From Candidatus Omnitrophota bacterium (GTDB lineage: Bacteria; Omnitrophota; Gorgyraeia; 2-02-FULL-51-18): a DNA stretch of 64,000 nucleotides. Location of the stretch: the NCBI GenBank assembly GCA_016197155.1, contig JACPWF010000006.1:9511-73510 (forward strand). The letters are read 5' to 3'. How positions within the stretch are numbered: the stretch's first letter is position 1; each line of letters begins with the position of its first letter. Of this stretch, positions 43,871 through 52,494 are shown one piece after another. The notes below the pieces were generated by a model. That model saw nothing but the letters and a program-made list of their open reading frames with translations, had not been told where the DNA came from and did no database searches. The position numbers and the translations under genes were made by a program.

Positions 43871-44566
43871 TTATTCCCAAACCTCTGTCTCAGAAACCAC
43901 GTTCCCGTCTTTGTCGTACTGACGGACGATCTTTTTCTTGGGCTGGCTCGTGGACGCGTTCTGGGGCGCGGCCTGCTGGTAATAAACCGGCTGAGGCTGT
44001 GGCCGCGGCTGAGGGCTCGACGTGAGCGAATCCAAAAGCGCACTGCCGATCACGTTCGTTCCCGCGCCGATCAGAGCGCCTTTGCCGGCCTTTCCGCCCG
44101 AGGCCCCCGAGGCGATGGCGCCCGTGCCGGCGCCCAAAAGGGCATTTTTTAGAATTTTATTGTTGGGATTTTCCTGTTGGGGATACTGCTGAACGTACAC
44201 CGGCGCCTGTTCGACCGGTTGATAAGTGGTTTGCGTTTGAACCGGATAGGCCTGCGCGGGAGCCGCCTGGACATACTGGACCGGCTGTTGTTGCTGTTGA
44301 GGAGCCGGTGAACCGCTCAGGCTGTCCAATAAAGCGCTCCCAATCACGTTCGTCCCCGCTCCGATCAAAGCCCCTTTGCCGGCCTTTCCGCCGGAAGCGC
44401 TTGAGGCAATAGCCCCCGTCCCCGCTCCCAAAAGCGCGTTTTTCAAAACCTTTTTATTGGGATCTTCCTGTCCGGAATAATCCTGCCCGGCGGCCTTTGA
44501 AACCGTTCCTGAAAAAATAACGAGTGACGCCACACTGACCACCAAAAAACCCTTTAACGCTCTCAT
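43871..44566 (-). CDS. Secreted glycine-zipper protein with an internal tandem duplication
   Basis: A signal peptide is present. Two near-identical ~47-aa modules (NKKVLKNALLGAGTGAIASSASGGKAGKGALIGAGTNVIGSALLDSL) are separated by Q/P-rich linkers. The duplication is also visible at DNA level (~44021-44160 vs ~44330-44460). Confidence 0.7.
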   Translation of the reverse strand: MRALKGFLVVSVASLVIFSGTVSKAAGQDYSGQEDPNKKVLKNALLGAGTGAIASSASGGKAGKGALIGAGTNVIGSALLDSLSGSPAPQQQQQPVQYVQAAPAQAYPVQTQTTYQPVEQAPVYVQQYPQQENPNNKILKNALLGAGTGAIASGASGGKAGKGALIGAGTNVIGSALLDSLTSSPQPRPQPQPVYYQQAAPQNASTSQPKKKIVRQYDKDGNVVSETEVWE

Positions 44567-44629
44567 CTTGGTCTCCTTATTCAGTCCTCTTAAATCATTT
44601 TTACCATGACACCATCAAGTATAACACAC

Positions 44630-46201
44630 TTAAATCACTCTTTCAAACTCCTCCACCGGCAGTTTCCACACCGGCACGCCGCAAAAGCGGTCCCCCTCGG
44701 GGCAATACGGCTGGGTGCCCGCGAGGCTCCTCAGGCCGCAGGGCGGCAGGAGGTACTTGCCGATTTCGGGAAATACGCGGCTCACCTGCGTCACCTCGTC
44801 GCGGCACATGCTCCAGATCTCTTCCTGTGCCGTGTAGCAAAGGCGCTTGGTCCACTTGTGGTGGTGATTCAAAAGGTCCCCCGACTCGTAAAAACGGATC
44901 GGAAAGGCATTCGGCAAAAGATACATCACAAATTCCTCTTCGACACCCTTGTTCAAAAGAAGCGCCATATTTTTCCAGACCGTTTCCATCGTGCGGTTGT
45001 AAAAATCCGTAGCCTCGGCCGAAACCCGCACGAGCGTGGGCGTGATGAAGTCCGGACGCTCGGCGACAAACTGACGGTAAAGCACGGGCCGCGAGGCCGG
45101 CGTCATGCGGTGGCGCTGGTCCTGGGAATCGGCGGTGTGGCTGATTTTTTTCTGAAAGGTGAAATGGGGGTGCGAGAGCGTGCGCGTCAGTTTCCCGAGC
45201 GTGGTGAGATTGAGCGCCTCGCCGAAATAAGGATTCTTCGCCGGATTCAAAACCAGGTCCAGGGCCTCTTCCTCCGGGAGCGATTCCGCGGTGAGGCCGA
45301 GCACCGCGCGCACGGCCGCGGCCATGCTCGCTTGGCCGTTCACCTTATAGTCGGCCAGGCGCGAGGTGAGATTCCCAAGTTGGGCGTCAAACTCCTTTAA
45401 AAACGCGCGGCGGTCCGTCAGGCCCCCTTCGGCCGTGCGCGCGGCGAAAAATTCATGCTCCGGCGTTTTCTCGAGCGGGATCACGTCTTCGATCTGGCTG
45501 AAAAAAAGCGGGTCCACCTCATTCACGGCCTCGACCATTTTCCCGACGACCAGCCTCTGCTCGAGCGGCGCGTCGAACTGTTCGCAGAGCCGGTGATACC
45601 GGTGAAGGGTGAGTCCGCTCACCGTGTGGTAGAGGTGCGCGTGCGTGGCGACCGGCAGGACGTAGCGCGCCACTTCCTGAGCGCGTTTTTTTAAAGCGCT
45701 CGCCCAGCGTTTTTCATTGGAATCGCGATAAGGAAATATTTTTTCATACTCCGCCCGAATCACCGGCTCAAGAATCCCCATCAGCTCTTTGTAAGCCTCC
45801 ATCTGAAAACGAATGGTTTCCAAATAGAGCGGGAGAATATTTTCATCCAGCGGCGGCACCGTGAAATTTTCGGGCGACACTTCGACGTAGCGCTGGGAAA
45901 CTTGTTCGCTGTTATAAAACGGGTGGCTGTGGAGAAACGACCAGATGCACTGCCGGGAAACTTTGTCGAGGATAAACTGAAACGTCGCGTGCTGGATCGT
46001 CGTGTGGTGTCCGGCCTTGTAGATCGATTCGGCGATCTCGTCCCGCCTGCGGCGAGCGCGTTCGTCTTTGTGAACATCCTCGGACGTCACCACGCGCGGC
46101 GAGTAGCAGGTCCGCGCCGTCGCGACCGCGTTGTCAAACGGGTCCCGGAAATAATTTTCCAGCTTCACGACGGGTTCGGGGGACAGGCCCAGGCGGTTCA
46201 T
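44630..46201 (-). CDS. thyX: FAD-dependent thymidylate synthase ThyX, double-length form
   Basis: 523 aa. ThyX-like ARTCYSP and the QRHRMTPASR (RHR...S) motif are present. Its length matches duplicated-domain ThyX forms such as the Chlamydia one. Confidence 0.8.
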   Translation of the reverse strand: MNRLGLSPEPVVKLENYFRDPFDNAVATARTCYSPRVVTSEDVHKDERARRRRDEIAESIYKAGHHTTIQHATFQFILDKVSRQCIWSFLHSHPFYNSEQVSQRYVEVSPENFTVPPLDENILPLYLETIRFQMEAYKELMGILEPVIRAEYEKIFPYRDSNEKRWASALKKRAQEVARYVLPVATHAHLYHTVSGLTLHRYHRLCEQFDAPLEQRLVVGKMVEAVNEVDPLFFSQIEDVIPLEKTPEHEFFAARTAEGGLTDRRAFLKEFDAQLGNLTSRLADYKVNGQASMAAAVRAVLGLTAESLPEEEALDLVLNPAKNPYFGEALNLTTLGKLTRTLSHPHFTFQKKISHTADSQDQRHRMTPASRPVLYRQFVAERPDFITPTLVRVSAEATDFYNRTMETVWKNMALLLNKGVEEEFVMYLLPNAFPIRFYESGDLLNHHHKWTKRLCYTAQEEIWSMCRDEVTQVSRVFPEIGKYLLPPCGLRSLAGTQPYCPEGDRFCGVPVWKLPVEEFERVI

Positions 46202-46340
46202 TCTTTGTTCACTTTAAAAACGATTTCCTCGGGCGGTGGCAGAAAATCCTTGATCACTTTCAGCTTGCCGATCGGTTCATTCGCGTATTTTATTTTGTGT
46301 CTCATAGGATGCTAAGCCTTCTCGCGGGACAGGGTCCGAT

Positions 46341-46499
46341 TTATTTATGCAAAGCTTGACGCGCCGAAATTCTTGCGACTTTGCCGTTTTTCCACACGGC
46401 AAGAGGTCGACCTGTTTCTTTATGCCGCTCTACTACCTGCCGAACGGCCTTCTTTAATGCCGCTTCCGCTTTGTCTTGTAATGTCATTCTTTTTTTCAT
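46341..46499 (-). CDS. Small ORF (52 aa) translationally coupled to the zeta-toxin-like gene (ATGA overlap)
   Basis: Hand-translated: MKKRMTLQDKAEAALKKAVRQVVERHKETGRPLAVWKNGKVARISARQALHK. It is below the ORF-track size cutoff. Its start overlaps the upstream stop. Confidence 0.35.
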   Translation of the reverse strand: MKKRMTLQDKAEAALKKAVRQVVERHKETGRPLAVWKNGKVARISARQALHK

Positions 46500-47095
46500 T
46501 TTAGAGTCGTCCACTTTCCAACTATTTTAAAATATTCTTGATAGTCCATTACTTCTACATTTCCATTCCGTCGCTTAGCAATTAACACTGGTGTAGTCCC
46601 GGAATTATCGAAAAGCATCCATGAATCAAAAGTAGACTCGTACTTAATAAAATTGCTCACGCCTCGAACAAACCGCCTTCGAACATCTACCGCAGGAACG
46701 TGATGCCCGCCTTCAGTCACACGATCTTTGATCCGAGCTATCGCTAATTCAGGGCTCGGAATCCACAAAAAGAAAAGGTGGAGCGAATAACCCTTCTCCT
46801 TCAATTCATTTAACAGATGCATATAGGATCTACCTGATAGTGTAGTTTCGAAGGCAAAATCGACCCCATGACCAGCATACTCGTCAATTCGTTGTAAAAC
46901 AAGTTTGCCGGCCTTGATCGCCGCGGCTCGCGGATCGAATGGCGCCAGTCCTTGTGCGATCAAGTCCGCATTCACAAAATTGGGACACTTCACATAATCT
47001 GGCAGAAACAACTTTGCAAATGTTGTTTTGCCTGAACCGTTTGGACCGGCGATGAGGTAGAGGTTTTTGGAATGCGGCATTCTTACGCCGCGCAC
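46496..47095 (-). CDS. Zeta-toxin-family P-loop kinase (AAA ATPase-like)
   Basis: Walker A LIAGPNGSGKTT, plus the overall PF06414-like pattern (DEYAGHGVDFAFETTLSGRSY...). Confidence 0.72.
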   Translation of the reverse strand: MRGVRMPHSKNLYLIAGPNGSGKTTFAKLFLPDYVKCPNFVNADLIAQGLAPFDPRAAAIKAGKLVLQRIDEYAGHGVDFAFETTLSGRSYMHLLNELKEKGYSLHLFFLWIPSPELAIARIKDRVTEGGHHVPAVDVRRRFVRGVSNFIKYESTFDSWMLFDNSGTTPVLIAKRRNGNVEVMDYQEYFKIVGKWTTLK

Positions 47096-48888
47096 TCGCC
47101 CTTGCCCACTTCGACTTTGAAGGCCTTGCCGGGATCGCCGAGGTCTTCGTACATTTTCGGGTCCTGGTCAAACGCGGGCACAGCGGTGAAAGGGTTCACG
47201 ATTTCTTTGAGGCGCGCCACGCCCGCCCGTTCGGCCCACTGCAGAAAACTTTCGCTCCGCCCTTTTTCTTTTTTGAAGGCATCGAGAATGGCTTGGGTCG
47301 CCTCGGGTGTCCGTTTGGCGGGGATAGGCGCGATGCGCTTGCCGAACACCGCCGCCCCGTTCGGCGCCGTGAAGCCGCCGATCATGAGCTGATAATGCGG
47401 CACGGCCCTGCCGTCCACGTTTTTCGAGGCGCCGTGAAAACCGATGTTCGCGATGTGGTGCTGGCCGCAGGAATTGGTACAGCCGGAAATTTTGATCGTG
47501 ACGTCGCGGAAAACCGGGTCGCTTCCGTAACCGTTTGTGAAAATTTTTCCCATCTCAAACGCGAGCCCCTTCGAATGCGTGATGGCGATCTGGCAGGTGT
47601 CGGCCCCCGGACAGCGCGTGATGTCCGTCACCGTCTCGGCGCCCTTCTGCGCGAGACCCGCCTTTTGCAATTCGGCGTAAAGCGCTTTCAGGGAATTTTT
47701 CGGGACCCAGTGCAAAAGAATATTTTGGGAAATGGTCGTCCGCATCCGGCCGCCGCAAAACACGCGCGCGATTTTAGCGAGCGCGCGCATTTGCCCGGGA
47801 TCAATGTCCCCCAATGAACAGCGCACATTCACCGCCCAGTAGCCTTTTTGTTTTTGTTCAAAGGAGTTGGTCGCCAGCCATTCGTCAAATCCCGGCAAAA
47901 CTGCCGGGGCCTGCGTCGGCGCGGCCTGTTTCAGAACCGGCGCGGCGGCTTCCCCGACTTTCAATTTCCAAAACGCCTCTTTCCCCGAACCCGTCGCGAC
48001 CACCGCGCGGCGCTCATCCAAAAATTCCTTGCGGAAGGTTTCGATGCCCCACTTCGCCACGAGATATTTGATGCGCGCGCGATTTTTGTCCTTGCGCTCG
48101 CCGTTCCGGTCAAAGAGGCGGATCACCGCCTCCGCCGTCGGCAGGTAAAGCTCGACGGGTATAAATTCTTCAAGAAGCTGAGCCGCGAACGGCTGGCTCC
48201 CCAGCCCCCCGCCGACGTAAACGGCGAAACCGCGGGCCTCTTTCCCGTTCACGACTTTTTTTTGGGCGACGAATCCCAGGTCGTGAATCCCGACCTTCGC
48301 CCAATCCTCCTCGGCGCTTCCCTCAAACGCGATCTTGAATTTTCGCGGCAGGTTCTGGCAGACGGGGTTTCTCAAAAAATAAAGGCTGAGGAGATCCGCG
48401 TAAGGCGTCACGTCAAAAACTTCTTTGGGCGAGATGCCGGCGTAGTGCGTCGCGCTGACATTCCGCACCGTGTTGCCACAGGCCTCGCGCGTCGTGAGAC
48501 CCACCTCGGCAAGCCTTCTCAAAATCCCGGGAACATCCGTGCGTTTGATTTCATGGAGCTGGACCGCCTGCCGGGTCGTCACGTGCGCGAGCTTGTTCGG
48601 CGCGAAGCGCTCGGCGATGTCGGCGATGCATTCGAGTTGAAGCGGATTGAGGTGCCCGAAACGGATCTTGATGCGGATCATGTGCCGGTCCGTCGAGCCG
48701 CGGATGCCGTACACGCCGTTTTCGAGGCGGAATTTCTTAAAATCATCCGGGTCGAGCTCGCCCTTTTCGAGACGCGCGATCTCGGCCTCAAAGCGCCGGA
48801 TCTCGGCCTCGTGTTCGGGCGAGAGTTCCTTTGTGAGGCGCTCTTCAAAGAGCGCCGACAGGTCTTCGATTTTTTGCGGGGTGGTCAT
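47083..48888 (-). CDS. Ferredoxin-dependent sulfite/nitrite reductase (siroheme, 4Fe-4S)
   Basis: 601 aa. Duplicated NIR/SIR half-domains, and the Cys cluster GCTNSCGQHH plus TREACGNTVRN. Confidence 0.88.
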   Translation of the reverse strand: MTTPQKIEDLSALFEERLTKELSPEHEAEIRRFEAEIARLEKGELDPDDFKKFRLENGVYGIRGSTDRHMIRIKIRFGHLNPLQLECIADIAERFAPNKLAHVTTRQAVQLHEIKRTDVPGILRRLAEVGLTTREACGNTVRNVSATHYAGISPKEVFDVTPYADLLSLYFLRNPVCQNLPRKFKIAFEGSAEEDWAKVGIHDLGFVAQKKVVNGKEARGFAVYVGGGLGSQPFAAQLLEEFIPVELYLPTAEAVIRLFDRNGERKDKNRARIKYLVAKWGIETFRKEFLDERRAVVATGSGKEAFWKLKVGEAAAPVLKQAAPTQAPAVLPGFDEWLATNSFEQKQKGYWAVNVRCSLGDIDPGQMRALAKIARVFCGGRMRTTISQNILLHWVPKNSLKALYAELQKAGLAQKGAETVTDITRCPGADTCQIAITHSKGLAFEMGKIFTNGYGSDPVFRDVTIKISGCTNSCGQHHIANIGFHGASKNVDGRAVPHYQLMIGGFTAPNGAAVFGKRIAPIPAKRTPEATQAILDAFKKEKGRSESFLQWAERAGVARLKEIVNPFTAVPAFDQDPKMYEDLGDPGKAFKVEVGKGECAA

Positions 48889-48988
48889 GGGATGAATCTA
48901 TTCCTTCGCGGGCCTAATGTCAAGCATTTTTGTAGCAATTATATTAAAATAAATAACTTATATATAACTAAAATACTAGTCTATAAAT

Positions 48989-49198
48989 CTACCGGCGCGA
49001 CTGGGAAAAACAGGCGAAGGACAGCGACAGAATAAAAACGCCGAGGAGGAGACTCCCCAAAGGCGTCAATTCAAAACTGCCGATCCTAAACTCCCACCCT
49101 TTGAAATACCGCAGGACGTGAAACGACCCCACGGCCGCGTAGATCATGCCGGAGAGCCGCAAAAGGTTTGTCGTTGTCCGTCCGCCTGATTTGGCCAT
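48989..49198 (-). CDS. Small hypothetical membrane protein
   Basis: 69 aa with two hydrophobic helices. It carries only weak coding evidence. Confidence 0.35.
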   Translation of the reverse strand: MAKSGGRTTTNLLRLSGMIYAAVGSFHVLRYFKGWEFRIGSFELTPLGSLLLGVFILSLSFACFSQSRR

Positions 49199-49205
49199 GC
49201 CTTGA

Positions 49206-50351
49206 TTATATCAATTCCCCGCGAAGCCTGTCCATGCCTTCCCGAAAAATGGGCTCACGCGCCAAAAGGCCGAGCACCAGGTGCGCGCCGCCGGCGAAAT
49301 CGTAAAAATAACCCGGGTGCGCGAGGGTGTTGTGTTTTTTGAGGAGGGTCATCGCGATTTTTTCTTCGTCCGCGCGCCCGTGGGCGGCCGCGTCGATCAC
49401 CGCGTACCACCCGCCCTCGCTTTTCAAAATCCGCAGGGGCGGGGTCCCTCGCGTCAAATGATTTCGATTTTCAAAAATCCTTTTCATTATTTCCGCCTGA
49501 ATCTCGCCGCGTTTTTCCATCCAACCCGGAAACGCGTTCTGCGCCGGTGTGTTTACCGACAAAAAAGTATCCGCGATAATCTCGAGGCGGCGGATGGCTT
49601 CGCGCGTTTCTTTTTCGGGGCCGCTTACCACAATCCAAGATAATTTCATTTGAGGCAAAGCCAGGATTTTGGAAATACCGGAAAGCGTAAAGGTCAGACA
49701 TTCGTCATTGCCGGCAAACGAATGCCCCGCGCCGTTTTCAAACGGATAGTCCAGAAAAACCTCGTCGGAAAGAACCGCCATTTTATTCCGCGAGCAAAAA
49801 CGGTTAACCAACAATCTTTCCTCCCGCCGGACAAAATGGCCGGTGGGGTTATTGGGATTGACGAGAATAAAAACCTTCGCGTTCCGCGCGGAGGCGGGTT
49901 TGGGATCCATCCGCCAACCGTTCTCGTACCGGAGCCGGTAGCGCGAAATCCGCGCGTCGTTCAACCCCGCCAGATAATCCAAAAGCGGGTAGCTCGGCCG
50001 CGGCGCGAGCGCCCGTTCGCCCGGGTTGAGAAGAAGCCGGAAAACAAACGCGTACGCCTCGCTCGTGCCGGCGGTCAAAAAAACCTGATCCGGGAGAACG
50101 CGGATTTTTTTTTCGAGGTAATAATCACAAACCGCGCGGCGGGCCGAAAGGAGGCCGTGAGGGTCGGGGTCGTACGAAAAATTTTCGGGGCCGGGCGGGC
50201 ATTCTAAATTTTTTAAAGAATGAAACCCCGAGCGCGTGGGATTGGATTCGGTGAGGTCAAAAATTTTCTCCCCCGCCGCTTTTTTGGCTTCGAGAAGCCG
50301 CGACAGGGGGTTGGATTCGAGCCGCCAATTTGTCCGTTTGGCAAAACGCAA
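49206..50351 (-). CDS. Class I/II PLP aminotransferase (AlaC-like)
   Basis: 381 aa. The LVNPNNPTG motif and the SGISKILALPQMK lysine region are present. Confidence 0.82.
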   Translation of the reverse strand: MRFAKRTNWRLESNPLSRLLEAKKAAGEKIFDLTESNPTRSGFHSLKNLECPPGPENFSYDPDPHGLLSARRAVCDYYLEKKIRVLPDQVFLTAGTSEAYAFVFRLLLNPGERALAPRPSYPLLDYLAGLNDARISRYRLRYENGWRMDPKPASARNAKVFILVNPNNPTGHFVRREERLLVNRFCSRNKMAVLSDEVFLDYPFENGAGHSFAGNDECLTFTLSGISKILALPQMKLSWIVVSGPEKETREAIRRLEIIADTFLSVNTPAQNAFPGWMEKRGEIQAEIMKRIFENRNHLTRGTPPLRILKSEGGWYAVIDAAAHGRADEEKIAMTLLKKHNTLAHPGYFYDFAGGAHLVLGLLAREPIFREGMDRLRGELI

Positions 50352-50426
50352 TCGATGCCCCTTTAAACTGCAGGGGCGCGGATGACTCCGCGCCCCTTTT
50401 TTGGCGTTAGTCCGTTGCGCGATGAA

Positions 50427-50699
50427 TTACGCTTTTTTTCTGCCCAGGAAATAACCCAGGATCAGAGACCCCGCGGCAAACGCGCCGATGTATTTCCATG
50501 GATTTTTATGAACCTCGCGCTCCGCCTTGAGCGCGGCCTTTTTGACTTTACTGCCGCCTTCCTCGATCGCCTCGGTCGTCATCTTTTTGACGTGGTCGAA
50601 GTTGTCGCAAATCGCCTCTTTCTTTTCCTTGGCAATCTGATTGACCAGATCGAGCGCCGAGCCCAGTTTACCATTATGATTCAACGTTTTCATCGTCAT
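50427..50699 (-). CDS. DUF883 family protein (ElaB/YqjD-like C-tail-anchored)
   Basis: The C-terminal NPWKYIGAFAAGSLILGYFLGRK is typical of ElaB/YqjD/YgaM. Confidence 0.8.
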   Translation of the reverse strand: MTMKTLNHNGKLGSALDLVNQIAKEKKEAICDNFDHVKKMTTEAIEEGGSKVKKAALKAEREVHKNPWKYIGAFAAGSLILGYFLGRKKA

Positions 50700-50797
50700 T
50701 GTTCTCCCTTTTTGTTAATTTTAATTATTATTGTTAATTATTAATTAACTATTGATAATTATACATAACAAAGTTAACATTTTCAAGCCCCACCCGT

Positions 50798-50828
50798 GGG
50801 GTCGGAGGGGTCAGAGGCCTCCGACCCC
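50798..50828. repeat. REP-like GC palindrome GGGGTCGGAGGGGTCAGAGGCCTCCGACCCC; a separate 24-nt perfect palindrome GGTACCGGGTTCGAACCCGGTACC lies at 50839-50862
   Basis: Two strong hairpins in the divergent intergenic region between the elaB-like and FNR-like genes. Confidence 0.6.
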
Positions 50829-50913
50829 ATCTCCCAGCGGTACCGGGTTCGAACCCGGTACCACCTTTACACCGGACAGAAAACAGGTATAATGCTTAAA
50901 AACGAGGGCGGGC

Positions 50914-51630
50914 ATGGCTGAAAAACCCAGGTTCTACGACGCGGCGGTCTCCAGGATTGTTTCGCTGACGGACACCGTCAAACATTTCGTGATCGATTAC
51001 CCCAAAGACGCCGATACGCGATTCATCGCGGGCCAGTTCATGATGGTGCACCTCCAAAAAGACGGCCAGCCGCACAAAAAACCCTACTCGATCGCGTCCT
51101 CCCCCTCGCTCGATCACCAAATCGAGCTCTGCATCAAGCTCGTCGAGGGCGGCTTTGTCTCCACCTGGTTTTTCAATTTAAAAGAAGGCGACGTCCTGCG
51201 CACAAGCCTCCCCTACGGCGTGTTCACGCTCCGCGAACCCTGGGAGGAGAATCTTGTTTTCGTGGGCACCGGCACCGGCATCGCGCCGCTTCGCGGGATG
51301 ATCCAGAATTTGTACGAAAAAGGCTGTGCGAAGGAGATCTGGCTGATATTCGGAAACCGCTACGAGACGGACATCCTGTATCTTGACGAATGGCGGGAAC
51401 TGGAAAAGCGGCACAAAAATTTTCACTTCATTCCGACCGTGAGCCGCGGAAAAAACTGGAACGGAGAGACCGCCTACGTGCAGGACGTGGTGAAAAAATT
51501 ATTCGCGGGAAAAACAGCGGGGCTTGATTTTTACGGCTGCGGGCTTGTGCCGATGTGCAAGGCGCTCAAAGAAACCCTGATCGGAATGAATATTCCCCGC
51601 GAGAAGATCCACTTCGAACAATTCACCTAG
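50914..51630 (+). CDS. FNR-family FAD/NAD(P)-binding oxidoreductase
   Basis: RFIAGQFMMV...KPYSIASSP (RxYS FAD motif) and the GTGIAPLRGM NAD site. Confidence 0.85.
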   Translation: MAEKPRFYDAAVSRIVSLTDTVKHFVIDYPKDADTRFIAGQFMMVHLQKDGQPHKKPYSIASSPSLDHQIELCIKLVEGGFVSTWFFNLKEGDVLRTSLPYGVFTLREPWEENLVFVGTGTGIAPLRGMIQNLYEKGCAKEIWLIFGNRYETDILYLDEWRELEKRHKNFHFIPTVSRGKNWNGETAYVQDVVKKLFAGKTAGLDFYGCGLVPMCKALKETLIGMNIPREKIHFEQFT

Positions 51631-51650
51631 GAGCGCGATGAATCGCGCCC

Positions 51651-52184
51651 CTACGATTTTCTTTTCCTGAACGCTTCCCACAGGCGCCGGATGTCGTTGT
51701 CCGACGAACGCGCCACCTGATTGCAGACGAAAATGAGGACGGAAAACTGCCAGGCCTCCTCGGGTCCGGTGACCAGGCCCGCGCGCACGTTTTCACTGCG
51801 CTCTAAAAACGCCGCGTGATGCTCGATCGCCTTGGCGAGCCGTCCCTCAAACACGTCGATGGACTGGGTGTGGTTGTTGTATTTGAATGAAGGGAACGCG
51901 ATGCCGCGCACGAGAAAAAAATTCGTCACGGCGTTTTCGCCAAACGGCATTTTTTCCTCGAAATCGAATCCGCCGAACTGCGGGGTGTTGAGCGGCAGGA
52001 CGATTGAGGGCTTCTCGACGGTCACCTCCCCCCTGCGGACCACGGTGTCGCCGGGGTTCACCGACGACTCCGAGAGAAAAAGATAGGGCACCTGTGTCGC
52101 CGCGAACGTCTCAAGCGGCAGGACACGCGGCCGGATGATCTCGGTATTTTTTAAAGCGCTTTCCCAGATTTCATGAATGTCCAC
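51651..52184 (-). CDS. Hypothetical protein
   Basis: 177 aa; no recognised motif. Confidence 0.55.
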   Translation of the reverse strand: MDIHEIWESALKNTEIIRPRVLPLETFAATQVPYLFLSESSVNPGDTVVRRGEVTVEKPSIVLPLNTPQFGGFDFEEKMPFGENAVTNFFLVRGIAFPSFKYNNHTQSIDVFEGRLAKAIEHHAAFLERSENVRAGLVTGPEEAWQFSVLIFVCNQVARSSDNDIRRLWEAFRKRKS

Positions 52185-52494
52185 GCGTGTCCTTAAAATG
52201 AGTTTTCAATTCCCCGATGAACGCCGTCACGTCGAGCCCCAAGGCCTCGGGTTCATATTTCTCCAAATACCCCACGGCGGTGCGGAAGAGGCCGCGCGCG
52301 CCGCTCTCGATCCCGCGCCCGCGCTGGTAAAGCGCGGCGGCGGCCTGGATCACCCCTTTGTACAGATCGCGGTGGGGGTCCCGCGCGTCCGTCCGAAGCC
52401 ACAGCGCCTCGATCACCTCGTGGCACTCGAAAAATTCTTTTCGCGCAAAAAGGCGCAGGCCCTCCTCGAACAGGGGGTCCACGGACTTTTTCAC
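52171..52494 (-). CDS. DUF309-family protein (start trimmed)
   Basis: The C-terminal FFECHEVIEALWLRT...LYQGVIQAAAALY resembles DUF309. The listed ORF is over-extended into metE. The start is taken as the GTG overlapping the metE stop. Confidence 0.55.
   Translation of the reverse strand: MKKSVDPLFEEGLRLFARKEFFECHEVIEALWLRTDARDPHRDLYKGVIQAAAALYQRGRGIESGARGLFRTAVGYLEKYEPEALGLDVTAFIGELKTHFKDTRGHS

Noticed and set aside
50839-50862. tRNA-like GGTTCGAACCC (a T-loop look-alike)
   Set aside because: It is part of a 24-nt perfect palindrome GGTACCGGGTTCGAACCCGGTACC with a 6-nt loop. There is no D-arm, anticodon arm or 3' acceptor/CCA context on either strand, so it is not a tRNA.
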